The position numbers were made by a program, and so were the translations under genes. The notes under the pieces were generated by a model, which worked only from the letters and a program-made list of their open reading frames with translations, made no database searches and was not told the DNA's origin. Shown one piece after another: positions 38,055-51,910 of a stretch of DNA of 64,000 bases (position 1 is its first letter; each line of letters starts with the position of its first letter). Source of the stretch: Mobula birostris (taxonomy: Eukaryota); NCBI RefSeq assembly GCF_030028105.1, contig NC_092389.1, positions 63,508,851 through 63,572,850 of the forward strand, written 5' to 3'.

Positions 38055-41000
38055 TCAATAGGCAATAGAAAATAGATGCAGGACTGGGCCATTCGGCCCC
38101 TCCAGCCAGCACCGCCATTCACTGTCATCATGGCTGATCATCCACAATCAGTATCCGGTTCCAGCTTATCCCCATAACCTTTGATTCCGCTATCTTTAAG
38201 AGCTCTGTCCATCTCTTTCTTGAAAATATCCAGAGACTTAGCCTCCACTGCCTTCTGGGGCAAAGCATTCCGCATATCCACTACTCTCTGGGTGAAAAAG
38301 ATTTTCCTCAACTCCGTTCTAAATGGCCTACCCCTAATTCTTAAACTGTGGCCTCTGGTTCTGAACTCACCCATCAGCGGGAACATGCTTCCTGCCTCCA
38401 GCGTGTCCAATCCCTTGATAATCTTATATGTTTCAATAAGATCCCCTCTCAGCCTTCTAAACTCCAGTGTATACAAGACCAGTCGCTCCAATCTTTCAAC
38501 ATATGACAATCCCGCCATCCCGGGAATTAACCTTGTGAAGCTACACTGTGATCCCTCAATAGCAAGAATGTCCTTCCTCAAATTTAGAGACCAAAAGTGC
38601 GCACAATATTCCAGCTGTGGTCTTACCGGGACCCTGTACAGCTGCAGAAGGACCTTTTTGCTCCTATACTCAATTCCCCTTGTTATGAAGGCCAGCATGC
38701 GGTTAGCTTTCTTCACTTCCTGCTGTACCTGCGTGCTTCTTTTCAGTGACTGATGTACAGGAACACTCAGATCTCGTTGTACTTCCTTTTTTCCTAACTT
38801 GACTCCATTTAAATAATAATCTGCCTTCCTGTTCTTACCACCAAAGTGGATAACCTCATATTTATCCACATTAAACTGCATTTGCTATGTATCCGCCCAC
38901 TCACCCAGCCTGTCGAAGTCACCCTGCATTCTCATTACATTCTCCTCACATTTCACACTGCCACTCAGCTTTGTGTCATCTGCAAATTTGCTAATGTTAC
39001 TTTTAATCCTTCCATCCAAATCATTAATGTATATTGTAAACAGCTGCGGTCCCAGCACTGAACCCTGCGGTGCCCCACTGGTCACCGCCTGCCATTCCGA
39101 AAGCGACCCGTTAATCGCTACTCTTTGTCTCTTGTCAGCCAGCCAATTTTCATTCCATGTCAGGACTCTGCCCCCAATACCATGGGTCCTAATTTTGCCC
39201 ACTAATCTCCTATGTTGGACTTTATCAAAGGTTTTCTGAATGTCCAAATACACTATATCCACTGGCCCTCCCTTATCCATTTTCATAGTTACATCCTCAA
39301 AAAATTCCGGAAGATGAGTCAAGCACGATTTCCCCTTCGGAAATCTATGCTGACTGGGACCGATCCTGTTCCTGCATCCAAAAGTGTCGTAATTTCATTT
39401 TTATAATTGACTCCAGCATCTTTCCCACCACTGACATCAGGCTAACCGGTCTATAATTCCCTGTTTTCTCTCGCCCTCCTTTCTTAAAGAGAGGGACAAC
39501 ATTAGCCACCCTCCAATCCACAGGAACTGATCCTCAATCTATTGAACATTAGAAAATGATTACCAATGCGTCCACGATTTCTAAAGTCACCTCCTTAAGT
39601 ACCCTGGGATGCAGACCATCAGGTCCCGGGGACTTACCAGCCTTCAGACCCAACAGTCTATCCAGCACCATTTCCTGCCTAATATAAATTTCCTTCAGTT
39701 CATCCATTACCCGAGGTCCTTTGGCAACTGCAATATCTGGGAGATTGTTTGTGTCTTCCCTTGTTATCCAAAGTACCTGTTCAACTCGTCTGCCGTTTCC
39801 TTGTTCGCCATAATAAATTCACCCGTTTCTGTATTTAAGTGCCCAGTTTTGGTCTTAACTATTTTTTGTTCCCTTTCGCATACCTAAAGAAGCTTTTACT
39901 ATCCTCCTTTATATTCTTGGCTAGGTTACCTTCGTACCTCATTTTTTTTCTCCGCGTATTGCCTTTTTAGTTACCTTCTGTTGCTCTTTAAAAGTTTCCA
40001 AATCCTCCAGCTTCCCACTTATCTTCGCTAAGTTATACTTCTCCTTTATTTTTATACTGTCCATTACTTCCCTTGTCAGCCACGGCCTCCCCTTACTCCC
40101 CTTAGGATCTTTCTTTCTCTTTGGAATGAACTGATTATGCACCTTCGGCATTATTCCCAGAAAAACCTGCCATTGTTGTCCCACTGTCATCCCTGCTAGG
40201 GTGTTGTTCCATTGAACTTTGGCCAGCTCCTCCCTCATAGCACCATAGTTCCCTTTGTTCAACTGTAATACTGACACTTCCGATTTTCCCTTCTCCTTCT
40301 CAAATTGTAGATTAAAGCTTATCATATTATGGTCACTACCTCCTAATGGCTGCTTTACCTCGAGGACCCTGATCAAATCCGGTTCATTGTTCAACACTAA
40401 ATCTAGAATTGCGTTCTCTCTCAAAGGCTCCAGTACAAGCTGTTCCAAGAATCCATCTCGGAGGGGCTCCACAAATTCCCTTTCTTGGGGTCCAGTACCA
40501 ACCTGGTTCCTCCAGTCTACCTGCATGTTGAAATCCCCCATAAAAGCTGTAGCATTACTTTTGCGACATGCCAGTTTTAACTCTTGATTCAACTTACATC
40601 CTATATCCAGACTACTGTTTGGGGGCCTGTAGATAACTCCAATTATGATCTTTCTACCCTTAGAATTTCTCAGCTCCATCCATACTGACTCTACGTCTGC
40701 TGATTCTATGTTCCCCCTCGCAAGGGACTGAATATCATTCCTCACCAACAGAGTCACCCCACCCCCTCTGCCCATCAGTCTGTCCCTTCGATAGGACGTA
40801 TACCTTGAATATTCATTTCCCAGGCCCTGTCCACTTGAAGCCATGTCTCTGTTATTCCCACAACATCATACTGACCAATTTCCAACTGTGCCTCAAGCTT
40901 ATCCACTTTATTTCTTATACTCCGTGCATTCATATACAATACTTTTAATTCAATACTCCCCTCACCTCCCATATCAATTCCTGTTTCGCTTGGCCATACT

Positions 41001-42200
41001 GTACGATCCCTTCTTGAGCTTTCTGCTCTGTTGATTCTGCTGTCGTTCTTAACTTTTCTTATTCTGACTTTCCCTTTATCTCCATCCTTATATTTCCAGT
41101 TCGTCCCCTCCCGCTCCGCCCCCGCCCCACTACTTAGTTTAAACACACCCGTGTTTCAGAGGCAAACCTACCTGCCAGAACGCTGGTGCCCCGCTTATTA
41201 AGGTGCAACCCGTCCCTTTTAAACAATTCATCCTTACCCCGAAACATACCCCAGTGGTCCAAGAATGTAAATCCTTGCTTCCTGCACCAGTTCCTCAGCC
41301 ACACATTCAGATCCATTATCTCCCTGTTCCTGCCCTCTCCAGCACGAGGAACTGGAAGCAAACCGGAGATAAGCACTCTGGAAGTCCTGCTTTTCAGCCT
41401 TCTCCCGAGTTCTCTGAAGTCGCGCTGTAGAATGTCTTTCCTCTTCTTCCCCACGTCAGTTGTGCCGACATGCACCACCACTTCCGGATGTTCACCTTCA
41501 CTCTTGAGGATGTCCTGCAATCGGTCCATGACATCCTGGATCCCGGCACCAGGGAGGCAACACACCATCATTAAATCTCGCCTGTTGCCTCAGAAACCCC
41601 TTTCTGCACCTGTCACTATGGAGTCCCCTACTACCACGGCTCTGCCTGACGTCTCTCCTCGGCTTTGCTTCAGCGCCAGTTGTTGACTGGCTGACCTGAC
41701 CGCCTCTCAGGCTGGCAGTGTCTTCTGTCCCGACAGCTTCCAAGAGGGTGAACCTGTTTACGAGAGGTACATCCCCCGGGGTCTCCTGTACTTCAAACAT
41801 CCTTTCCTTCCTCATCGTCGCTCCTCTTCTCTCTTCCGCTATCCTCGATGTAACGACCTCGCTGTAGGTCCTGTCCAGAAATCTCTCGTTTTCCCGGATG
41901 AAGCTGAGGTCATCCAGTTGCCTCTCCAGTGCTGCAACACGGTCCTTCCGAAGCTGAATCTGGACACATTTTCCGCAGTTGTAGGAGCCAGAGGTACCAT
42001 CAGTGTCCCTGACCTCCTGCATCATGCACGCAGCACACTGAATCAGCCTAGCGGTCATTTCTTCACCACTTCTCACCCTCTCTCCAACTGTGGCGTAGTC
42101 TTCTCCCTCAGCCTCCTCGCCGAAGACTCTCGAGCCAAAGACTCACTTTTCTCACAAGGCCCTTGCCTCGACAGGCCGCTCCCCAGAGCAAACCTTGCTT
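38055..42200 (-). mobile_element. Near full-length CR1 LINE (ORF1 zinc finger/zipper plus SGNH esterase; ORF2 APE plus RT), disrupted
   Basis: ORF1: CAAC...CGKC, leucine zipper, GDSIV, VVVHVGT.D, DGLHL. ORF2: YMNARS, GDFN, SDHN, QGSVLGP, FADD. Several frameshifts and stops; caatag-type 3' tail. Confidence 0.95.
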
Positions 42201-42249
42201 ATATTCGCTGATAATTTGAGTAATTAGTTTCACCTGCCGCACCTCCGCC

Positions 42250-43200
42250 GACCTTGAAGGGGTTACTGTGGGGGTTTCTTGAAGTTTGGGATTACTGTGG
42301 CTGAAGCTCTCGTCAGGAAAATGGACTTGGGCGAGATGCTTTTTTTTCCCCCACCCGGAAGGCCGTAATAAGCGCAAATGGCAAGGGAAGACGGGGACCA
42401 GATTTGCAGCCTGGTCTCGGCGTCTTCTCAGGATTTGCCCCTCTGGGTGGAGTCTAAGTAATAGGCACCCAGGTTCATTGGATGTTTCAAGGTTCTCATG
42501 AAAGTAAACTCTTCCGCTTACACCTTGTAGCTCCAGGGATCGATCCCACCTTCCACATTTCCAAACTCAAACCTATAAATACCAACCCGTTTGCCCCACC
42601 ACCATCAGTCCCGCTGTCGCCCATGTTTGTTGCTGGGGAACAGGTCTTCATGGTAAAATGAACTCGGGACTCACGGACTATTCGGCATGTTGGACAGTTC
42701 CTCGTGGACTGACTGAGATTCGGAGCCGAGTGACGCCGCTGGGTTCCTGGAGGGGACAACGTGGATCGGGCGCTCGTCCTTGTCAAATATCATCATCTCT
42801 CCAAGTGGCCAGGGTCGTCAGGATTCGGTCAAAGGACATGGGGCCCTGTTACGATGCGCAGCCAACCACGCCAGCTTCCGAGGTTCAGACGCTCCGATTC
42901 TCCAAATTATGGCTAACTGTCGCGGTCCTTTTAAATATTCATGTCTGCTCCACTAATTGGCGTCCATGTTTTGGCGCCAGGATTTTAATATTTAAAGAGC
43001 AGCTGAACTGAGCTTCGGTGCTCAAACGTCAGCTTGACTTTGGGTTCTTGTCTAGCGTCTAGCTAGGAATATGTCATTCCTTTCAGACCCATATTGTGTT
43101 TCGATTCTAGTCTCGGATACTCCAGCTCTTGGGTCCTTACCATCCTCGCCTTGTTTTCTTGTCGTAATTCCCACTTGAAACAGCCGACAGGCAACTTGCT
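42250..43200 (+). mobile_element. Gypsy (chromovirus-like) 3' end: integrase GPY/F region, chromodomain remnant, PPT and LTR start
   Basis: APRFIG.FKV..VN..AY.L...PTFHISKLKP at about 42465-42575; FLVD..GAE..RWV at about 42697-42745; ggggccc|TGTTAC at about 42847. Confidence 0.65.
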
Positions 43201-43409
43201 AACCATCTCAGCTCGAAATACTAGACAATCTGCAGATGCTGGAAATCCAAATCAACACTCACGGAATGCTGGAGGAACTCAGCAGGCCAGGAGGCATCAA
43301 AGGGAAAGAGTAAACAGTCGATTTTTCGGGCTGAGTCCCTGCTTTAGATTGACTTACCTCCACATCTGCAAATATTCAGAATGAAGTTTATTCCATTCTG
43401 TTAGGTCAG

Positions 43410-44280
43410 TGAAGATGTCTGGGGCAAACTTTTCAAACACCAGACACTCTGTCGAGGATGCCATGCAAACAGTGAGTACACTGAAGCTGACTGCCCTCAT
43501 GGAAGATGCCAACATCTATTTCGCTCAGGTAAGTGAAATCAATCCGGCATCACAGAGTGAACTGAACGAAATTCGCGATGATGTAAAAGGAGGAAATCTG
43601 CTGATGGAGGGACCTGATGAAGAGTCTCGGGTCGATACATCGACTATTTATTCCCATCCAGAGATGCTGCCTGACCTGCTGAGCTCCTCCAGAACACTGT
43701 GTGTATTGCTCCAAATCTGCAGCAAGGTCAGGCAATACTGTGAGCATCGCTGGCCATCTGTTCCAAAAGAAGCTCACCAACGCAGACCTTACTGGCGTCA
43801 AGAAAACATACTCACATGCTTGATTGTTTGCTCCATACTCGTCATTCCTGCTTCTCAAAAGTCAAGGATATCAAGACATTGAGAAACGTCGCCGTAGAGC
43901 AAGGCAATCCGTGTGGTGGCCCGGTCTGAGCACACAGCTAGGAGATTACGTAAAGACATGTGAAGCATGCGGAAACCTGTACAAAAATCATGCGGATCCC
44001 TTTCCGTCGCGCAGAATTCCAACACTGTCGATGAAAAATTGCGGGCACAGACATCTTCGAGCTGAAAAGAGATAAATATCTTCTCACTCTTGATCACTCC
44101 TGGAAAGCTGAGGTGTCCAAGCTGTCCTCAGCAGTTTTTTCAGCAGCTGAAAGCTGTATTCACTCACCATGGAATGCCAGAGACACTTGTGTCACACAAA
44201 GACCCGCAATTCAGCAGCCCAGAATCCAAGGCCTTCGGTAGGGATTATGAGTTCAAACACCAGACAAACAGTCCCTGAGT
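43410..44280 (+). mobile_element. Gypsy integrase fragment with a Penelope-like insert (about 43590-43725)
   Basis: RARQSVWWPGL...VKTCEAC; LKAVF.HHGMPETLVS..DPQFSS. Confidence 0.8.
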
Positions 44281-45089
44281 TTGATGGCCGTGCATGAGGT
44301 TTCGGGTGAATCCTGAAGGAGCCCTCAAAGGTTCTGACTGTGACTAAGTTACTGCAGAAGTCGGAGAGTTTCGTGAATCTGAAAGTATTTATTCATCACC
44401 ACAAACAGACATTTTCTTAGGGACTCTCTCGGTAGAGTCCCCCAGACAGAAACTTTATCAAGAGTTTAAACAGTTGAGGAGAATGGTAACAGTAGTAATT
44501 CAATACAAGTTCACAAGCTACAATGACAGACTATACTTCAATATTCAGCAAATGATTCTGTTGAAGCACACATTCACATTGGAGAACATTTAATTGATGG
44601 CAGCGACAGACGCAAAAAGCTGGAAGAACTCAGCAGGCCAGGCTGTATGAATAAAAACGAGTACAGTCGCCGTTCCGGGCCGAGAACCTTCGGCTGCACT
44701 GGAAGAAGAGATCAGTCGGAGTTAGAAGGGGACCTGCTGAGTTCCTCCAGCATTTGGTGTGTGTTACTTGGATTTCCAATATCTGCAGATTTTATCTTGC
44801 TTTTTTTTATTTCATAAGGCAGCTCGGAAGGTTCAGGTATCTTTGTCAGAAGAAATAAAAACTCACACAATTAATTCACTAAATTAATCTCAATGTGTCA
44901 TCCCGGGAATTGAACCTGTCTGATGTAATGTGTTTATAAATCATTTAAAAACCTTCATTGTTAAATCTCTTGAAATCTGTCCCTGTGGAGTTGCTAAATG
45001 GTATTAAAAACCCCAGGTATGTGCTGCCTTAACATTTCATTCGGAGAGATCGCCTGTAGCACAGGGGGACAAATCACTGGACAGAGAAA

Positions 45090-45165
45090 ATGTCTGCAAT
45101 GTTGGATCGGTACCGGAGTGTGGAGAAAATATTGTACATGTTGATTGCCGTCATTGGAGTTCCTG
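45090..45165 (+). CDS. GPR139-like GPCR paralog C, exon 1
   Basis: MSAMLDRYRSVEKILYMLIAVIGVP, then a phase-1 donor G|GTGAGT. Confidence 0.85.
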
Positions 45166-45411
45166 GTGAGTGAGCAGAGTAATTCATGTTTGGTGTTTCT
45201 GTTAACCGCTGTGAATCTGGTTGTGTTAATTTGACGATCATCCAACCTGATGAACGTTGCACCAATATCGGTCAGAGATATCGATCCTGTTAATGCAACA
45301 GTCTGATTTTTCATATTTCATGACACGAGGAGCAAAGCCTCCGACTCTCCTCTAACTAACGGGATTGACTCCAACGTTGCTGTGCCTTTAATAACACCTT
45401 CTCCAGATTTA

Positions 45412-46260
45412 TCCCAGTGCTGGGGACAGGCAGCTCTCCAGGAATGTGTGATGAGGGAGGTTTTAATGGAACATTGTCCAGAGTTGTGCCAGTGCTGGGG
45501 ACAGGCAGCTATCCGGGAAGGGATGGGTGGTAGGGTTTTAGCGGGACCTTGTCCCAGTGCAGTGGGCAGGCAGCTCTCCGGGAATGTGTGATGGGGAAGA
45601 TGTCAATGGGTCATTGTCCAGAGTTGTGCCAGTGCTGGGGACAGGCAGCTCTCCGGGAAGGGATGGGTGGCAGGGTTTTAGCGGGACCTTGTCCCAGTGC
45701 AGTGGGCAGGCAGCTCTCCGGGAATGTGTGATGGGGAAGGTGTCAATGGGTCATTGTCCAGAGTTGTGCCAGTGCTGGGGACAGGCAGCTCTCCGGGAAG
45801 GTGCGATGGGGAAGGTTTTAGTGGGACATTGTCCAGAGTTGTAATAGTGCTGGGGACAGACAGGCAGCTCTCTGGGAAGGGATGGGTGGTAGGGTTTTAG
45901 CGGGACCTTGTCCCAGTGAAGTCGGCAGGCAGCTCTCCGGGAATGTGTGATGAGGGAGGTTTTAATGGAACATTGTCCAGAGTTGTAGTAGTACTGGGGA
46001 CAGACAGGCAGCTCTCCGAGAAGGGATGGGTGGTAGTGTTTTAGCGGGACCTTGTCCATGGTTGTCGCAGTGCAGGGGACAGGCAATTCTGTGTGAAGGG
46101 GTGAATAGGCGAGTTTTAATGGGACATTATCTGGAGTTGTGCCAGTGCTGGGGAGCGAGGTTCTTCGGCAAGGTAATACCGGGTCAGTTTAATGACACCT
46201 GTCTGGAGCAGTCCTAGTGCTGGGGACAGGCAGCTCGCCGGGAGGGTGTGACTGGGAGTG
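45412..46260. repeat. Intronic minisatellite with alternating ~75/~65-bp units (140-bp higher-order period)
   Basis: Recurrent ccagtgctggggacaggcagctctccgggaa. Confidence 0.92.
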
Positions 46261-46990
46261 GTTCACATTGTGAAGTTCGCTGCTTCTGAGCTATTAGTCA
46301 GAGCTACACTATAGTCCTATAGTTCACGTCTCCCTGTAAAGTCTGTCACGGTCGGATCCGACTGCCTGTTGGTTGATAATTGCGTCTGATCCCCTGAACC
46401 AGAATCCACCAATCTGCAGACGTGTTTTATCGAATTGAACTGCGCTGTAGAATTAATCCATTAAGGCAGCCATCCAGCCTCAGGTTACTAAGTTGTTCCT
46501 GTTTGCTCCCTGTGACCCATCGTAAATCGGGGCAACGCTTCGTCGTGAAGAAGGGTCTCGGCCCGATAGGAGAGATTGTGCAATTCCATTAGTTCTATCT
46601 GACTTGCTGAGTTCATCCAATATTTTGGGCGTCTTGCTCCCCTCTGCCTCCCTTCTCGGCCCCATCAGATGCTGAGTTTCCAGAGGCTTGGTCATTCACG
46701 GTTAAATCAGTGAAACCGGCCCCATCGGCGACTGGAATCGGGATCAGCACCTATTGTTGCTCAAACAACTGGTTTTTATCGCCGACGATTGCCCTCGCAT
46801 CGTCTTCTTTCCACACCGGAGATGGCAGGTCAGAGACAGGGTGACCCGTGTCTGCTGTTAGGTTAGCAGCCGTTCACAGACTCCAGCACTCCTGATCTTC
46901 AGCTTAATAAACCTTTGTTAATTCCCGAAGAATGTGTTCAGTGATGCCCAGTCTCCCTCTCTCTCCCTCTTTCCCCCTCCCCCTCTCCAG

Positions 46991-47895
46991 TGAATTTAGT
47001 GGCGATTGTGATCCTGTCCCGTGGAAAGTGCGGCCTCTCTACCTGCACCACTCGCTACCTGGTGGCCATGGCAGCGGCCGATCTACTGACTATTGTCATA
47101 GAGGTCTTGTTTCAAATCAATTTGTATTACTTCACGAGGAATGTACTGGACATCACCCCTGTGTGCAGTGTTATCGAAGTACTGACGTTCACAGCCGCAG
47201 ACTGTTCTGTCTGGTTCACCGTCACTTTCACCTTTGATCGGTTTGTCGTCATTTGCTGCCAGAAGCTGAAAACAAAATATTGCACCGGGAAAACTGCGGC
47301 TGTGGTTTTGACAACAACCGGCGTGCTGTTCTGTCTGAAAAACATACCCCGATACTTCACACGGGAACCCTTTGTGATTATCGACAATGTACCGTGGTTC
47401 TGTAATCTCATAGACAATTATTTCACTGACCCCGGGTGGGTAGTATATGACTGGCTCGATACGGTTTTAACTCCGCTCCTCCCTTTCGCTGGGATCCTGC
47501 TGCTCAACGCTCTGACAGCCAGACACATTTTAGTGGCCAGTCGGGTCCGTAAGGGGCTGAAGGGTCAGAGCAAGGGGGAGAACCGCAGTGACCCGGAGAT
47601 GGAGAGCAGGAGGAGATCTGTGGTTTTACTCTTCACCCTCTCCGGCAGCTTCATCCTCCTGTGGATGACACCGGTTGTAAATATCATATATTATCAGGTC
47701 TCAGGAAAGGGATTAGATTTCAATGATTCCGAATGGATCTTTCACTACGTGGGGTTTTTGCTGAGGAATTTCAGCTGCTGCACGAACACATTTATCTACG
47801 TGGTGACTCAGTCGAAATTCAGGGAGCAGTTGATCAGCGCGGTGAAATATCCGGTCACCTCGGTGCTTCAGTTCATGAATAAAGCCGCGTCCTGA
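46991..47895 (+). CDS. GPR139-like GPCR paralog C, exon 2 (intact 7TM, about 326 aa spliced)
   Basis: Long pyrimidine tract then CAG|TG. Motifs NLVAIVILSRGKC, MAAADLL, SVWFTVTFTFDRF and CCTNTFIY..TQSKFR. Confidence 0.93.
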
Positions 47896-50182
47896 GCACA
47901 AGCCAGAGGCGGCCGCTGTGTCTCCAATACGGGCTCCAGCTCCTCACATTTACCGCCTGATCTCCCAGGTATTGTTCACGAGCGGATTATCCCATTGACC
48001 GACAGCTCCGCCACATCAGGACAGTGTGTGCTTGGGAGGGATAAAGCACCATCCAGGAGCCTCCGTCCCTGATTGGCCCAGCCAGATATCAGTCCAAGAT
48101 GTACTCCAGAATGCCACCCAGTCACTGATCTGCTGATATGTCCATCTATTCCCATTCCAGCCCACCAATTTCACAGTCTGACGTTCCCAGAAGACGACAT
48201 GGGGTCTCCTCTGATGCTGATGAACTAATCCAGCATCAATCACACCAGTCTCCTCCTCCTCCCCCCACTGAATGATTGGCCGATTTGAAAAATAGGGCGG
48301 GCTTTGGATAAACGGCGGTTGTCTCTCCAACTTAAAGGCGCATTCCCGCTACTAACTCAACTGGAGTGTGGTGCGCAGAATTGGGAATAAGACCCTCACT
48401 CTTTTTTTTTTCTAATGAAAGCTAAATTACTCCAACAAACCCTACATATTGTAAGTTATGAAATGCAATACCATGAGTTACGTTCGTCCCTCCGCAAGTT
48501 AAGAATGTTTTAAAATTATAGATATCAGCCCCCCAAAGATCGTAATGAAGCCTGCATTTGAGTTATTTCTACATGATATGCTTCACTCTGAAGTAGTAGG
48601 TGTTCAACTGTTTCATAATGACAAAACCTACACGACCCAGAACGATATTTTGCAGCACATAATGTACAATTGAGCACAGTATAGCCAATTCTGAGCCGTA
48701 TCGATATAATTATTTCCGTCCTTTTTCTTACTCCTTTCACCCACAAACTTAACAGTTTTATGTAAATGTGTCTCCCCTTGTGCCCATTAACCCGTCAGTC
48801 TTGCCAGAAGAACCAACCCTACAAACCTCAGCTTCTGATTTGTTCATTGGGAGGTCTTCATCCATTGTTGATTTTTTAACAACACTTGTAACTAAACAGT
48901 CAACCCGCCCATTCCTCTGAGCAGTTCTGTGTGCAGAGACCCACAAGAAGGGGACATAAAGAACAATACTTTGAATATGAAATAATGTTTCATGAGTTCC
49001 CAATAGTAAATCTGACCAACTCCTAGAACGTGTCTTAAGAAGATCATCAAAACCGAAAAAGCGTCTGAACAAATTACAATTTTACATGGACAAAATTCCT
49101 CCACCTACTTTAAGCCTGAAAAGATGGCAATACGTTCTGCTGTATATACTGTAAATGGTTGGCGAGTCCTTTCTTTATCGTCACCTGTTACTCAGGCACA
49201 AAAACAGCCACACCAACATTCCCACTTAAATTATTTTTGATTAGTCTGAATTAATGGTTGACATATCGTAATAATTTCCTTCATACTCTGTTGAATCAAC
49301 AGACTCCCGGGCATAACAGAATCCTTGGACTTTATTGAACTGTGTGACCAAATATTGAATAGTCAGAGGGAGAACAAGGTGGGGTTTCAGAGAATGTGAC
49401 CGTGGGCAACCTTGCGTAATCCAGCAATCCCGCCTTCCCAGCGTGATAAGATCCCAGCACCTAAAAGTAAAAACACTCTTCCTGTGGTGTTTCCAATAGT
49501 CTTCCAACCCAACTTTAATGATCATTTCTTTGCCGCTCAAATTTATCCAGTATGTTAACATCGACTGCCATCTCCATAAATGTAATTGTAATTGTCCCAT
49601 TTCAACCAGTAAAGACAAAACAAGGGACGACCTTACTGCATCACAACACAATCTTGAAGCCTGTGGTTGTATCACACCCGTATAGTTGAATATTAATCTA
49701 ATCCATAAGCCACACAACCATAATCAAGAACAGATCCAATTAAACAGATGAAAATGGTCAAGAGTGATAATCATGTAGCACGCCAGAACACCCACAGACA
49801 CCTGAGAATATTTAATACTCCTTTATATTGTTGTTTTACTGATATGGCGCTTCTGTGTCAGCTTGTTATCGACCCACTTGCCTGGAAATCTTACCACTGA
49901 TATAACTTCAAGAGTTTGACCATATCATTTCAAATCCACTGCAGGTCTATTTATACCATTTGTAAAACAAATAACTTGTGCATTAGCTACTGAAAGCTTA
50001 AATCCTCATCTGTTTGCCTGTGCTTCAAATTTGTTAATTGCCAATTGCATCCAATATACAGTATCATTGAAATTCCTACCTCTAATCCATAAAGCTGCAC
50101 CATCTGAATATAGTGATTAACCCACCCCAGTGGCTATCTCACAGAAAATATCATTAATCATAATATTAAACAATAAAAGGTT

Positions 50183-50218
50183 AGTCCTGACGAAGGGTCT
50201 CGGCCTGAAACGTCGACT
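50183..50218 (+). ncRNA. Minimal type I hammerhead ribozyme, best-preserved copy
   Basis: agtc CTGACGA agg-gtctcgg-cct GAAA cg TC^ gact. Stems I and II pair; stem III is the palindromic ACGT; predicted cleavage after 50214. Confidence 0.72.
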
Positions 50219-50318
50219 GCACCTCTTCCGAGAGATGCTGCCTGGCCCGCTGCGTTCACCAGCAACTTTGATGTGTGTTGCTTGAATTTACAGCATCTGC
50301 AGAATTCCTGCTGTTTGT
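50184..50318 (+). mobile_element. Penelope-like short repeat with an 8-bp TSD
   Basis: TSD aaaggtta at 50176-50183 and 50319-50326. Confidence 0.85.
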
Positions 50319-51599
50319 AAAGGTTACAAATGCTGCCTTATGGCTTCTCAGTCTCTATCTCATAGAAACCCGAATGCAACTGGTCCACCCGTGCCAGCAC
50401 AGACTGTCCAAACATAAAACTCAAAAAATATGCAATCTTTCCCTCAATCTTTTTCATAATTTAATCAAAATTCATCCTTCCATAAATATCGTATGCCTTT
50501 TCAATGTCAGAAAATGCTATTACATCATTATTTAATTGTACTTTCTTAATGTTATCTTCTAAACCAAAAACTGAATCTAATGTCATATTAGCCTTCTGAA
50601 ATCCACATTGATAAAGCTATATATCACCTTTTTTATCCAAAATATATTTCAAACGCTCTATTTATAAAACTGAGAGGTTAACGATAAGGCCTGCAACTGG
50701 AAGTATCAGGCGTAGAGCCTCTAGAATGCCTTTTTTTCAAGACTAAAGCAGCTAGCCTCATCTATAAATGCGATTTTAAAATCTTATTATCTCAACAGAC
50801 TTGTCAGTCAGATGGCTAATCATAAATTAACACATTATCGTTTCCTGGAGACATTTGACCTGCATTAATAATAACCAAACACGAACAGGAGAAAATCTGC
50901 AGATGCTGGAAATTCAAGCAAAATACACAAAATGCTGGAGGAACTCACCAGGTAAGTTTTTTTTTTCTTTTTTTTATACCTACCGCCCTGCAGATGTGCC
51001 TCTGCCAAAACTTCGACTGTACTCTTTTCCAAAGCTACTCCCTGCCTTGCTGAGTTCCTCCAGCATTGTCTGTGTGTTTCCCGAATTGATAATAGCCTTC
51101 TTAAGTTCACAGAAAGAGAATTCTACATCAGTGATACTATCACTACTACGACTGCCTTTCAATATGTTGCACGGGGCGACTGAGGAGAACTCAAGTGCAG
51201 GACACCGGCACGTCGACTGAGTTGGGGATGCTGGCGTAGACGTGAACGTAGAACAGCAAACCGGAGGAATCTTGACAAGGTAACGGGATCTACAGGGATT
51301 GTCTTGAAACTAAACCTGAACTCGAAACTAAATTTAGAACTAACGGTTCTGAGCGAACGAGAGAACGAAGTATCATACAAGGATAGACGAACAAACTGGC
51401 GACCTGTGATTCCGACTCCATCGTACTCATTTCAGTCTCTGATGCAAATCAGATGTACTGTAATTAAGTAAACTAGCAGCAATTGGAAATCTAATGACTG
51501 AAATTAGGGCATAATCAGGGAGAGAGGATTGTTAAAGGGGAACAGCCAAACGGAACCATGACACAATGCGTCAGGGCATTCACAGAGAACCTCATCTCT

Positions 51600-51910
51600 A
51601 CATTTTCATTTCACTGAACAGCAACTCAGCCAGTGATAACAGCGGACAGAGATGGGTCTGAGATACAATAGGCCGGGTGGAAATCTGCGCCATGTTCCGG
51701 CCCCTCTATTCTGCTCCATTGCCATGGTGGAGTCCAGCGAATTACTTCTGTGGGTGGTCGCTGGTCTCGGCGTCCACAAGGACAGGCGTGGTTCCCTTTC
51801 GACGCCTCGGTCAGTCCGTTCCCAGATGTTTGCGGTGGCTGAGGAAAAGTGATTTTGCAAGAACCGAACAAGAAAAACATAACTACAGCTCCCAGAAGGC
51901 CCTGCGGACT
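51600..51910 (+). promoter_or_regulatory. Promoter/first-exon-like cassette, copy 1 (more degenerate)
   Basis: gccATGG at 51724, decayed donor gtcagt at 51810, and actacagctcccagaaggc at 51882-51900. Confidence 0.5.

Larger units (their letters stand above)
48390..51150 (-). mobile_element. Decayed I/Nimb-type LINE with RNase H and CCHC
   Basis: IVICSDAFSVL and RLRIGY..LN...CRFC...ETVEHLLL, with RT remnants further upstream. Confidence 0.7.
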
